DNA from: Antedon mediterranea
Lineage: Eukaryota > Animalia > Echinodermata
Length of the DNA: 64,000 nucleotides
NCBI RefSeq assembly: GCF_964355755.1
Contig: NC_092678.1
Span: forward strand, 21,531,365 to 21,595,364
Direction of reading: 5' to 3'
Made by a program: the position numbers and the translations under genes. Shown one piece after another: positions 23,433-37,200 of the stretch; positions within the stretch are counted from its first letter, which is position 1; the number at the start of each line of letters is the position of its first letter. Below the pieces are notes generated by a model. The model was not told where the DNA came from. It ran no database searches and saw only the letters and a program-made list of their open reading frames with translations.

Positions 23433-24769
23433 AATGATTCAGTTGTTGTAGGCCTACTTCTATTTTCATATAATTATAAAATCGTCTGTTTATCGTCCAC
23501 TACGGAGAACGTCTTCCGCCTGTTACCATGTCATACCATTCAAACAATGATTAACAAATACAACGAATGAAAATAACCTGTCACAATGATCCAAATTACA
23601 TCATAAACCCATGTGACCTATTTGCTGAGACTTTAACAAAATAAAATATTCGAACACACTATCTTGTTAACAATAGGCCTACAGCTATTATGGTTCGGCC
23701 TCGAAATAAACGCACTTTTTAAGCCTAATTCCTTTGTACACCACATCCAATTGCTAAGCGAAACCCGGTAATAATTATATCGATTCATTCAAGCAATGTA
23801 GATACAACCATTATCATATAGGGATGTTATTTATGTTTCCAGTTACCCTTTACATTTCATTGAAATTTCTAATCACCTCTTTGACCAAATACATAATCCC
23901 ATTTATTATGGTAACATAAACATCTTTTTTCAAGCAGCAAAGCATATTTTAATAGTAGGCCTACAGTAATAATTAAAACAATAATTTACAGATACGAGGG
24001 TTATTACGACTCAACTATAAAAAGACCGTTGTAAACATGAAACTGTTATTATAGTGCCACATAACAGGGACAAATTTCATTTTAAAATTGTGTTTAGCAA
24101 TATTGATATAATCAAACTTTTCAAACCAAACATTTTTTGAGTCGAGAAACATAGTTTTGTATTTTATTTTTTGCTATACAATTTTAGAAATGTGTATAGC
24201 GATACTAGGTTGTTTTTGTATAGCTTTTTGCTACTGGTGAAATTATTTCCAGCATAAATTCTTCAAATATTAAATCACTTTAGTCATATAATTTAATGTT
24301 TAACCTATTCGATTAATAGCTTTGCTGTCCCGTCTGTCGTCTGTCACTTTAAAATACCACATGGTCACAATATTAATCGTTATGTTGTTGGATCTCGAGT
24401 GCCAGCACTATCGAGTAGAATATTATAATTAGTGTTAATTACGGTTATCACTGAGGTCTAAAAAAAGAGAGAACGTGCGGTTAACGTAGGCTCAAGTGTC
24501 TGTTTAAAAAAAACACAAATCATTTACAGTGATATTCATTTGCATTTTGTATATGTTACGTATGAATGGATCATTTTACACGTTTGTTTTTTTGTAACTT
24601 GAATTTTAGAAAGATATTGTTAGTTAGGCCCAGTAGAATAATAGTGTGAATATTTCATCATTTTATTTTTGATTAAAGCATGGACCTATACATTGGATCT
24701 ATACAATATTATAAAGAGAGTGCATTGTTAAACAAAAATCTTTTTCACAAGATTTTTCTTTCAATAAGA

Positions 24770-24960
24770 AGTGCGTCATATTAAACGTTTCCGATTACGT
24801 CATTCTATAAATTCTATATTTAGACATTACAGAATATAACTTCAACCAATAGAAAGTCGATGCGAAAATCATATGATCAATTCACTAAAAAAACTTATCG
24901 AATGGCTAGGCTGCTATGTACACACATCATGCATGATTCATCAGTAAACCACACACGGCG
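24770..24960 (+). promoter_or_regulatory. Putative promoter of MITF-like exon 1A
   Basis: TGCGTCA (about 24772), CRE-like TTACGTCA (24795-24802), TATAAA (24806) and CCAAT (24846), clustered about 230-310 bp upstream of the ATG. Confidence 0.45.
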
Positions 24961-25082
24961 CGAATCAAGTTAACAAGGGTAGCAGCTCTCTCTAGGCTCC
25001 AGGACACGATTTTGATTATCTGACAGCCTACATACAGTGGATCCCATACAGTTTGTCTTACAAAGGGAGACAAGAACATCAA

Positions 25083-25243
25083 ATGACCGAGTCAGGAGTT
25101 GACCTAGGATTTGACGAGAGTGACGACTTGTCTTTTGATGAAAGTCTGTTTTCTCTGTCAGCAGTATCAGACTTAAAACAATTGCAGTTGAAAGACGATT
25201 TTGATTTCTGCGAACTCAAAAGCAGATCAGTGGAAGAGGACAG
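25083..25243 (+). CDS. MITF: MITF-like exon 1A (first coding exon)
   Basis: ATG ACC GAG TCA GGA ... GAC AG|GTAAGA. The ESG motif and ELKS are conserved with MITF-A/TFE3. Confidence 0.85.
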
Positions 25244-28200
25244 GTAAGAGGAGGGGTGGTCGCCTATGACCTGTCACAAACATACTTAGGCCTACGGCCT
25301 CTGCCCAAAAAGTATACCTAGGCCTGAGCTAATGTATAGAGCATGGTAAAAATGAAAATTTCTCGAGTTCGCTGACTATTTTAATTTACACATTAATATT
25401 TTACTTGGCCTAGCTAGGCTAGCCTACTGTACATGTGCTGTAGAGGTCTGATACTTAAATATTATAAGTTTATTTTATTTTTAAAAAATAATAAATAATG
25501 CACAATGAAAGCCTGAGCTGCCATACAAATTAGCTATCAAAATGTTTAACTGATGGTAGGGCCTATACTATCAGAAATTTGCACAATCAAAATGATATAT
25601 TGACATGTCAAATATGCATAAATAATAAATACAATAAAATGTCTACATACAATTACAAATGTTTATTGTTCTTGGTGGAACATATTATTAGCATTATTAA
25701 TATTATTTCTGATCTTAATCTTGTGTTCTTCTAACTCCAAGTCATGGGTGGGTGATGGTACTGATAACAGGATACGCCCACATGCGATGGAGGATGCTTA
25801 AAGTCTTTGGATAGGCCAAGGGATCTGTAATTCATTTTTGGTATTAAGAATTAAAGGCCTTAAACTAAGCTGTATACTGGCCATATCTCCCTATTTCCTC
25901 CTTCCCCACCCCTCTCCACCCAGCACAACTACAACCCACGTGGTACTACTATAATACTGTACAGTTAGTATAGTATATTGCTAAAGAAAATAAAGTTTTA
26001 CGTGGCATGCTTATAGATGCATTCTCATTACAAATTGTTATGATTTGTGTATTTGAATCTAAGTTATTATAAGTCTTCATCCATTTCATCAACACAATTT
26101 CCTTGCTGTGTCATATTAATTAGTAGTTTGCGTCATACAGTACATTATAAAATAAAAATAGTATCATCTAAATTGTACTCCTACTGAGACTTCCTACGTT
26201 TGACTAATCAATGTTTGCTAAATTGAAAGCTTTGTACCTAAAGGCCTATTTCCACTGACTAAAATTAAAGAACATTTTTTCAAGTACTGTACCTTTTGAA
26301 AAATAGTAATATGTTGCTAAAAAAAAACAGTCGAAACACACTCTTAAAAATAAATTCAAGTTACTCTATGGCTGTTGCTGTCAAATTTTATGGTTCCCAG
26401 TATCTGAAACTTTGAATGCATTTCTGCTCAATTTTTGCTCCAAAATAACCGTTTAAATCAGTGGGTGGTCGTTGACAAAAATCGTTAGACTTACACAAAA
26501 ATAATTCAAACGTTACTGCAGTGTAGTTGACTCATATTCAGCAGCTGTCAATCAAATAACCGTTATTTCGCTGCCTTTTAAACCGGTTACCACAAAATTG
26601 TGCTTTTTCTGCTTCCAAGAAAATGGAGTTGATTTTATTTACACCGTTTTTAACCGGTTATTTTTATGCAGCAGAAACCGGCCCTTAGCTGTTCATATGC
26701 AGTAATTTGTTTGTTTACATGAAACATTTGCAATGTTATGGTAATAAGATACAAACTTGGCACTTTTCTTACAAATAAAATCAGGTGTTTTTGTTGGTGT
26801 ATTTTTTTAGAATGAAATGATGCAACAAATCGTCTGTCAGGAAAGACAGTATAGGAAGGATGTAAAATAGAAAGTAATGATAAATTGCATTGTTCTAATC
26901 TTGTTGTCTTCAGTGAAGTTGGCCTCTAAATTTTATTACAGCTATAGATACAATTTGAGCAATTGTAGTATCCTAAACCATGTTAAGTCTTATAACAACA
27001 GACTGTCCTAGGAATCTCAAGTACCACGTGCCCATTTCTTAAATAACAAAAACAATGATGTAGCAGATTTAGGTCTGAAGACTACTGTGTATAGTTTTAG
27101 ATAACTTTCCTGTATTCATATTATTAAGTAACTGTAAGTATTGTGACTTCATGTTTGTTGTTATTGTATACTGTTGTAGACCAATTGCTCACTGCTGCCC
27201 CACCAATCAGATTAATTGAATTGAAGTTTTTTTTCTCATTATGTTGTCTTGTTGTATTGAGTAAAAATAACTATTGTGAGGCATTTGATAAACAGGCAAA
27301 CTGCCTTAAAATATTTTGACATTTCATTGACACGTTTTAATTCAGAACAGTATTACATACTTTTATTACATATTATTACATACTTTTATAACGTATTACA
27401 TACTTTTGTTACATATTACATACTTTTATTACGTATTACTATTACATACTTTTACAATACGTTATTAAATTACATACTTTTATTTCGAAAAGAAACTTGA
27501 AACTACAGAAAATGCCAATTTCGTGTGTTGAGGTCCTTTACTGTCTTTGGCTAAACAAATCTTGAATTGAACTACTTGTATGAGACATGCCTTTCCTTTG
27601 TGGTCTGTAGGAGGGGTTAGCATACAGTAGGAGTATATAGACAAACACTAATAGGATAGAGAAAAACATTGACATTTAATGTTTGTTTAATCAGAATGTT
27701 AAAAGAGTCTTTTGATGTGAGAGATGGAGCCGTTTAAGGTGTGGGTGTTTAAACAGGGCTAAAAGTGCTAGGTGAAAATTGAGCTAGGATAGGCATTGGG
27801 ATGGGTTGGTGTAGATTAAAGGTTTAAGGTGTGGGTGTTTAACCAGGGCTAAAAGTACTAGGTGCAAATGTATATAGGATGGACATAACTTTAGACTTGG
27901 AATGGGTATGTGGAAATTAAGTTTAAGGTGTGGGTGTTTAACCAAAGCTTAAAGTACTAGATACAAATGTATCTAGGATGGACATATGATGGGGGTGGGG
28001 GAATGTTGTTTAGCCTTGTAATCTGTACCTCTATACCAATGAACAAACCAGATTTTTTTTTTAATGAATATTTTCCTAAACACTTTTAAACATAGACAAT
28101 TTCTAAATTAAGCGAATTATATTTGGTTATGATGGAAGTTTATGTAATTATGTGTTTGCATTTATGAAAAATGTTACGGAAATATGTGAACGTCATCATA

Positions 28201-31200
28201 ATGTGATATTTTATCAGATCATAAAATTGCAATTTAATATTTGGAATGACGTTAAAAAAAGTACAGTATCTTTTATTTCATCTAATGAGGAAGTGATGAA
28301 GTTATTATTCTAGACACGGTAGTTGAGGTTTTATACAAAGTGTACATATTGCTAAATTTACTTCGTCATTTAATATTTGACCCCCTGGATTATGTCCATA
28401 ATAAATTGTATACTAGTAATAATAATAGAATGTGTGTATGTTGCAGCTTATGTGGGGAATTCCCAGTTATTGGTTATTGTACTATAAACTTCATTCAATG
28501 ATGAACATTCAAACCAAAGGAATATTGCCAAAATAAAAATCAAACCACAGCCAGACATATCCAGTCAGCTTTTATAGCAATAATGGATTAAATGACTATT
28601 AATGAGGCAGTTCCTTATTAAATAAATCAATGATAGATTGGCACTTATTCAATGTTGTATCTTTGAATAAAAGGTGCTGTTAAGAATTGATTGTTTACCC
28701 TGTATAGGGATAATGTCAGATTTAGTTTATAAGAGTTACTGCAGTAATGCAATTTAATGTATGATTTTAGTTTGGCACAATTTAGTTATTCTTCATGAGG
28801 CAGTCACTACGAACAACAATAAACATGGTTACCCAAAAAAGTTTGCTATTGTACTAATTCTAAACACGCTGTGTCTACACTATCAAACTAGTTTGACAAA
28901 AAATGTGGGATGTGTCCAAATATGTTTGTTACATCATCATGTCCATATAAGGTTTGATAGTGTAGACAGAGCTTTAAACAGCTTTTACAGTTTTTTTTAT
29001 AAAACAGTGAAATAAAATGTGTTTAATAATTAATTCAGTAACTCCAGTAGATTAATTTAGACATGGTCACTACTTAAGTATTCTATAGTCTATTGATTAG
29101 TTTTCTGTTGTAAGTCAAATTCATCAACAAACAACATGTCTACTAGTACCACCACCATTTGGATCATCTCCAAATATTTTCTATTATCTTTTTGTTACCA
29201 GCATTTGCAAGATACCTTGCATGGCTACACTAGTGGGTCACGCTGCAATATTTGACATTTGACCTTTTGACATTATGTAAGTTCTGAAATGATATACTAA
29301 GGTATGAGGTTTAATATAAGTAGAAAATCAACCATAAGCAACAAGAATTGTAAGGTAAAATACTAATTATTGATATCAAATTAATTGATGGATAAAGTTT
29401 GTGGAATAAAATATTTTAAATTAAATTAAAAGTTTTTAGCTAGGACTATTATGTAGTTATCTAGATTCAGGTACTGTGCAGTATTAAAATGTTGTAATTT
29501 GTTCTCGGACAAAAACATTGTAATGGTCAAAATTTTTAATTTTTACGCTACCCTCTAGGCTAGAGGTGCACAATTCTCCCTTTTGATAGTTAAACTTAAA
29601 GACACCTTCCCTACGTTTTTTAGATCTATTTTAAGATCACAAACTATATTTAATGTAAAAATAATACTATATGGTCCTATTGCGATAACTTTTTTCGTCT
29701 TTAAATGGTTAAAAATGTGAAAAATAAGTCGATTCTAATAATTATAGCGGCCCGCTATAAATCCCAAAATGCATTGCGCGCTGATTGATATTTCTGTTTT
29801 TCTTCTGTAATTCACCCACTTTTCGATCGATCTTGAGGCCAAAACAAATGAAAGACTCCTAACTTTTCAGCGAAAATACCGGGTTTTCCCCAATTTGTAT
29901 TAACGGAGTCTGGCAAAAATAGAAAGACAATTAATGCAGCAACTATACAACGTCAGGCTAGGTATATAGCTAGCGTACGATGTTCGTACGTTAACGATGT
30001 TTACCAGCCAAGCCTACAAAACTAAGCCTAGCTAGGCTAGGCCTAAAGACCGTCCACGAGAGGTCAGTCGCCGCGAGCTACTTAGGTAGTGCATTGTTTC
30101 TCACTTTTTATCATAATTTACCATAAAACGTACATTTAAGACAAGGAATGACCTGGTTTCATGTTTTTAAAGTAATATATATGTATTATTTTTACAAAAC
30201 GTCACAAATTGTAGGGAAGGTGTCTTTAAAATGAAATATGAACTTCTTTTTTTTTACTTCTTCTTTTTAGAAATTTATTTTGGCAGTCTCAATGTTATAT
30301 GTTAGCGTTCCCCTGTTTAAAAAATCCTGGATCTGCCCCTACACATACAGTACCATAGCATCAGTATACTGACAATACTTGCTTGCTCCATTGTCGGTGG
30401 TAGACCAATATCTGCAATAAACCAGAGATGTCATACTTTTTTAAATAGTGTTCTTTTGTGTACATTTGGCCGACAGCTTAATGTCCCATCTTAAAGATGA
30501 GGCAATGAGAAGAAAAAAGAAAAGCATCTTCTTAGCTTTGATACACTGGCAGTGAATTTTGTTTGTTGAGTTTGACTTTAACTTTTAATATACAGTAACT
30601 AAAACTTTAATGTGATAGAAAGAAATATATGTTTGTCGCCCTCTATTTGTCTAATATCTCACAGTTACAATAGAGGTGACTGGATAAACACTTTTACAAA
30701 AGGCCTTGCAATCGAAAATCAGGAAGTAAGAATCTACAGTTGAAAGGTTAAAGTGCGAGTTGTTGTTTATTTGACCTCATGTGTAAATTGTATTCCCTGT
30801 AGTGCCATAATTATATACTTAATAGTTCAAGTTCATTATCATTAATAGAAGATTTACACTATTGTTTTATATCATTATGATGTGCTGATATTGAGGAAGA
30901 TCTGGAAGCCAATATTAGTACAAGAGCCAGGGTAACTAAACATGTACTTTATTTGTATATTCCAGTTGTATGCCTTGTTCGAGTTATATGTTTTATTCAT
31001 TGTATGTACATTGTGTGATATATTATTTACATACAGTGGCAAATATCTGGTTTTATAAGCTTCTATGCTTTTGTTGTGTATACTGCTGTGTACATGCATT
31101 ACTAAATCCTAAACATATTTTAGTACAATTTATGTTAATACTGTCCTTGCTACATTAATATGGTTTTGTTTATTATTAATAACTTTATGAAAAAACCATA

Positions 31201-34200
31201 TGAATGCGAAGAGTTTTGTACTATAGTTCAAACGACATGTTGAATCTTTTTACTAATATCATATGTGTCTCATTCGTATTGTATATGAATTATAATAGGA
31301 TGATTTTTAATAAACATAGACTTATACCACCAATTATGTGGCAACTTTACACTGACTAAGGGACCATTAGAAGATGCAAGTTGTGTATATGATTATGACA
31401 TGTAGTCCAGTACAATCTGAGATGGTTTTTTCAGTATAAAGTGTGCGTACAAAGTTTTTGTGAACTGCTTTGATCAGCATGGATAAAATAAATCAAAGAA
31501 TGAAAATGAGATAAATTAAGCTGACAGTGATGTTGGTTACAGATATAAATGGGTACTAGAAAAAAACTTGATAAATAAAATTTTGACTGATATAAATTGC
31601 TGGTTGTTTAAAATTCATCTTGAAGTCAGTGTCAATATATTGCAGTAGATGTGATTTATGCTGGTATTTAAATTTAGGTATGCTGGTAGGTGGTTGTGAT
31701 TCTACCTATTAGCACTTGGGTACAGGTTGATAATGTGGAGACTGAAAAATCATTAGGAATTTGTAAGGAGCCTTTACTATAAGCGTGTCGGTCTATTGGT
31801 TCTTCCAGACTATTTTTTAGCATCATGGAACCATGATGAAAAAAAATTTCAATTCATTTTGCTCCATAGCACCACTTGGTAGGACCTTCTATGCTGTTTT
31901 TTCCTCTGTATTACATTGTGTGTACTGTAGTTCTTTAGGTGTTTTAGTCGAAGGTAGTTTACTTGTAAAATGTGTAGCTGAGGAGTGATAGTACTAATAT
32001 TTGCCTAGATAATAACAACATGAGTATCCCAATTTTGTTCTATTATTTTTACATAATTATTACCATGATTTTATGCATGTTATGTAATACGAATTCAGTC
32101 TTTTTCATTGTTAAATTAAATTGAAAAAGTGGAAAAGTATAGGCCCACTTCATGCTGGCCAGCTGTCTAGTTACACACAGTAATGGCCCTGTACAACAAT
32201 GAACTAGCCGGAACACTCTGGATTGCCATTATTGATTTTAATATAAATTTACATTTTATATAACTTAATATAACATTGAGAACACAAAAATTGCCCAAAC
32301 ATAAAGAAAAACATAATAGTTTAAGTAATTTCTATCTAGGAACAATACAGTATAAAGTGCAATACACTATCGGAAACCAAATAATTGGTCTACATTTTTT
32401 TTGGAAGTATTTCCAGGATTGTGGTGGTACTACCAGGTAGTCAGCAGGGTGTAGGAATCTATGTTTGAAATAATGGAATTTCCATCAACGTTTCCTTAAT
32501 ATAGGAATCTTACTGTACTATGAATTCTGCTGACTCACGCTGTAGGATTGATTGCTATAAAAACAATTCCTTAAAAAGCATCTGGTTTTGTAATAGGTCT
32601 TAAGAATACTTTCATTTTAGAAAGTGAGTGAGTGTAGTTTGTAAAGCTCTGTCTACACTACCAAATTAGTTTGACAAAAAAAAAAGTGTGATGTGCTCAA
32701 ATATAGTGGTGATATGCCATGGGTGAGGGTGAAGTTTACCTGAGTAGCCTAATTCCTTCTTAAATCGGTGAAGCTCTTTGATGTGTCCATATATGGACAT
32801 GATGATGTCATGTATCACACACTACCATATTTAGGCACATCACACTTTTTTGTCAAACTAGTTTGATAGAAAAGATGGAGCTCATCCAGGAAATTTACTG
32901 AAAAAAGTATGAATGGATGTTAATTTCTATATTGAATTTCTGTTGATAGAGTACTTTTTACTTTTTACACAATTGTTTTAACAATTGCAGTATGTAATGC
33001 CCTGCAGTATGTAATATGTAATGCCCTGCAGTATGTAATATGTAATGCCCTGTAGTATTGTATTGGCATTAGTTAATTGGTGTGCAATGAGGATGTCTAT
33101 GATGTTTCAAATTGGCCTAGAATTTGCCTACAGTACTACACTATACTGTGATACAACAGTAATTCCTTGTAATGTTAGGGCTTTCTTAGTATTGCAATAA
33201 GAAGTTAATAGTTGTATCTTTTTGATTAGGAACTAGGAACACACTAGGAAATCCTATGCAACACAAGGAAGTTATATCTGATTTTAAATACACAATAGCT
33301 TCCCTTCTACCATACATGACAAGGTACTATACACCTGTGTATACATTAGCTTCCTAGGTAGATTAGTATAAAAGATACTTCAATGTTACAAAGAGGCTTT
33401 GTAGGGCGAGTTCTCTAGTTAAAAAGTGAGTCAGGTGGGTGCAGTACTTAGGTTGAAGAAATTTAAGTGTTAAAGAAATTTACAGTATGTTGGGTGGGTG
33501 ATAACCCCCTAATCCTAACCACCCCCGCCACTCCCCACTAAAACTCGACTACCTCTGAAGAGTGAATGACAAAATGTTCCAAAAGCTAATTACAGTACAT
33601 GGGAACCCCTATCAAGGGGACACCTTCAGGACCCAACAAAGGGTCACCTTAATAGGGGTTCCCTGAAAAGGCATTCTACTGTAGTTAACCACAAACTTTG
33701 ACTTTGAGGAAAAGATGTTTTTTTATTATTTTAATTTTGAACAATGCATTTTTATGACTATACTCATTGCATAATTTTCCCAGGCTAGCTTAAAAGTCAG
33801 TGGGTGTTAAAAGTCATCACACAGCACCTTACCTAAAATGAGGAAATCTGAATGTTGTTAGGGCCATCCTATACATGGTACGCTTCAAGTATTAGTAACA
33901 AGTTAGCTATGTATAGCAATGAGACGTTCTGTACTATATATGGTATTAGGTATATTCCATGCCTCAAGCAGTGTTCAAACAGGTAGACTTTCCCAGCTGG
34001 GAAGCCAACAATTGATTAACCATTTGTACCTCTGATTGGACAATTGAATCTAGGAACCTGTTGCTCCGGAACATTTTTTGATGATAAGCTTAAAGGAATA
34101 TAAAAACTAAAGCTCTTTGTTTCCTTATAAATTCGCTAGTAAACTTAAATAACTTTCATTTTGTAGTTCTTCATTGTGCTAAAAAGACTATCTTTTGTGC

Positions 34201-37200
34201 CTATTTGATTTCATTCGTTTTCTAAACCAACTTTGTTTGACAATACTACCATATTGTAGTCTCGTACGTTTGTTTGGCATTGTGTCCTCCACTGACATAT
34301 GGTTAGTTGTTTGTTTATTTGTTTACTACTTGGAAGAGGCAGCATGACGAAAATGATGAACCCGCTACACGGAAGATACCATCTGGGCAAAGATTCAAGA
34401 TTTAAAAAATAGTAAATTCATTTTATTTTCTGTAAAATGTAATTGTAGGTAACTTTTAATAGGTTGTATTGTAAAATCTTAAAATTATTTGATTTGGATT
34501 CTATATTATAGAACATTTTTAGTTTAGTAGTTGTTATAGTTAAAATTATTGTACACACACTTAGAACTGTTAAATGAGCGTGCAGAAACTGTTAGACTCA
34601 ATAGCTGCGTATTCATGTCATAGAAATAATAGGTCCCCAATGTTGCAAGTGTTCAACAGTAATATCTGAATATACAGTAGGTGTAATTTTAAAAGGATAG
34701 TAAAAACTAGTAGGGCCTGCCAACTGTTGTTCTTTTAGGAGTAATACTATTCATACTAACTAGCTTAAAATTACCCCTTATTTTTTACGTTCATTTTATA
34801 GAAAATATGTCTAGACAATCTTTCTGAAATGGGTACCAGGTCTAGTTGAAAAAAAAAACATTAATTTAAGATAATTTCATTTTCGATATTTAAAAATCTT
34901 TCTTTTCCAGGCCTTTAACTTTTATTTGATAGCCGTTTAACTCGTTACAATGTTTTATAAATTAAGTAGTCTATTCAAGTGTCTGAAACATAGCAATACG
35001 TTGTTAATTATCTACTCAAAAGAAACATCTCAACACTTTCGGTATTACGTCATTTTATACGTTTTCCGAGGTTTTCTCCTTTTCAAATAACAACTAGTTA
35101 CAAGAAGTAGCAACAGGATATAAAATTTGACATTGTAGGAAATATGGGATTTTCATGGATGTCTGTTCGATTTCAATCGAGCAAATTCTTATGTCAGCTT
35201 TCCACGATTGTACAACAAGCACATCGACAGAATAAAAAACATCGCATAATCTTTTCCATGAATTTCACGCATTAGCGATCTGGACAAGATGTCGATGGCG
35301 TTTAAGTAGCGAATTCGTCGACTAATTTGGGAGGTTGTCGACGAACTCAGCATGTAGTAAAACGTGTCTTGCCCAAGCTTTCTCTTTAACGTCATAGAAA
35401 GCATTTGGTTTGTTAGTCACGACGGCTGGCTCCTGTCACTTTAATTCTTAGCTTATACGATAGGTTATGTGACTTTTTGAATGGCAACAGTTGTTTTTTT
35501 CTAGGCCCAAATGTTTAAGGCACAAGAACAATGGAGTCATTCCTACACTTAATAAATAAAAAAAATCATAAACGAATAACTTTTTTAAAAAGATCTGCAT
35601 ATACTCATATAGTATTATATTATATTTTTTGTAATAAGTACATATATATTATTTATTTTTCTATTTTTTAAACATAGTTCATCCGGTTTTTTCCCATATC
35701 AGTTCTTTTTATAATGTTTATATGAGGGCCCCTTGATTGTCAGCTTATGCTGTTTAGGGTTACCCTCACTAAATAAGGTTTAATAAAAAAAAAACAATTA
35801 TAATAGTACATTTCATTATGTTGCAATTAAAAAAAAATTTTTTAAAAATATAAATAAATAGATAATATATTTTATAACATAAATAAATATAACAATACAT
35901 TTTCCTAATACAGTAGAACATTCATATTCAGTGACAGACAATAATTTTATTAATAGTTTAAGGAAAGGAAGCCAAATCTTGGTTCGGTTTTATAATAATG
36001 TATTCTATTGACCCTAAAAATAAAAAAAAGTGGGTACAGTACTTTATATTTTAAATTTAATTTCATATCTAATCTCGATCGTACACTATTACATTTTTAA
36101 GCTATTTTAAAATCTATTGGCAACCCATGTCTTTTAAATTATATCTATATTAAAATTAATTTCAAAGAGTATAATACTTAAAATATTAATCTTGAAAGGG
36201 CAATAATATTGCGATAGTGCGTTTTGCTAATATAGTACAGGAGTCATATTAATTGGTTCATGAAAGCATTCAATGAAAAATTAGTATTTCTTCAGGAATA
36301 CGGTTGATAAGACACATTATTAGTATCTTCTTTTCCCTGGATGCTGTAGATAACGGTAATCCTGCGAAGTTGACCTACTAACAATGTATTCGCTGCCCTA
36401 TCAATTCGTATTACACTACTTTGTGTTAGTTTTACACAGTAGATAAGGCTGACAGCAGTTTGAGTGTAATTAAACAGAATTTAGTAAGTACTACTAGATG
36501 TGCTATCTAACTTTCTCTCCTGTTCGCGCCTGATCTATCAACTTGGCCTACATTTCGCTACACATGGAGCCTGCTTCCGTAACCAGGCACAGCCTTCTTT
36601 TATCTCCCCTTACCGGATTCCCCGAGGGTAGCTTGTGAACCCCAGCCTATCGGCCTTGGAGGTGCCCATTATCTGCCCCAGCCTGATAACCACTTTAATC
36701 TTACACTCGGCATTAAGACGAGCTTGTTAATTACCATGGCGATGAATTGTGGTTTTGCAAGCTGTGCATTTTTCTCTGTTTCAAAGATGATTTTTAAGAA
36801 GCCTTAAGCACCATTAACCTCCTATCTACACCTGATAGCGTCGTTTATCGTTAGCCTGCATTCTGCTTCACAAAGATAAATAAGGGGTCACTAATAATAT
36901 CTTTTAAATAAATTATTCACATGGTTGTTTGAATTAAATTTACAGAACAGTTAATAAGAATAATTGTTTTTCACTGAAATAGTGATTGATGCAATTAAAA
37001 TATACACACAAGTGCAAAGTAACCCATATTTGAAAGTTAGCAGACAATTATTCAATTATTATCGTAATCACAGTCAAGGTAAAAATAGAAGATTAAAAAT
37101 ATGTACATGGCATGTTTGTCAATACAGTAAAGACCACTCCTTTGTGACACTTAAATTAAACTTTCTTTTGAAACAAATAAAGGAATGTAATGTTTAACTC

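Noticed and set aside
35189-35404. 71-aa minus-strand ORF in a CpG-richer patch
   Set aside because: No recognisable homology or exon boundaries; may be regulatory or a repeat remnant.
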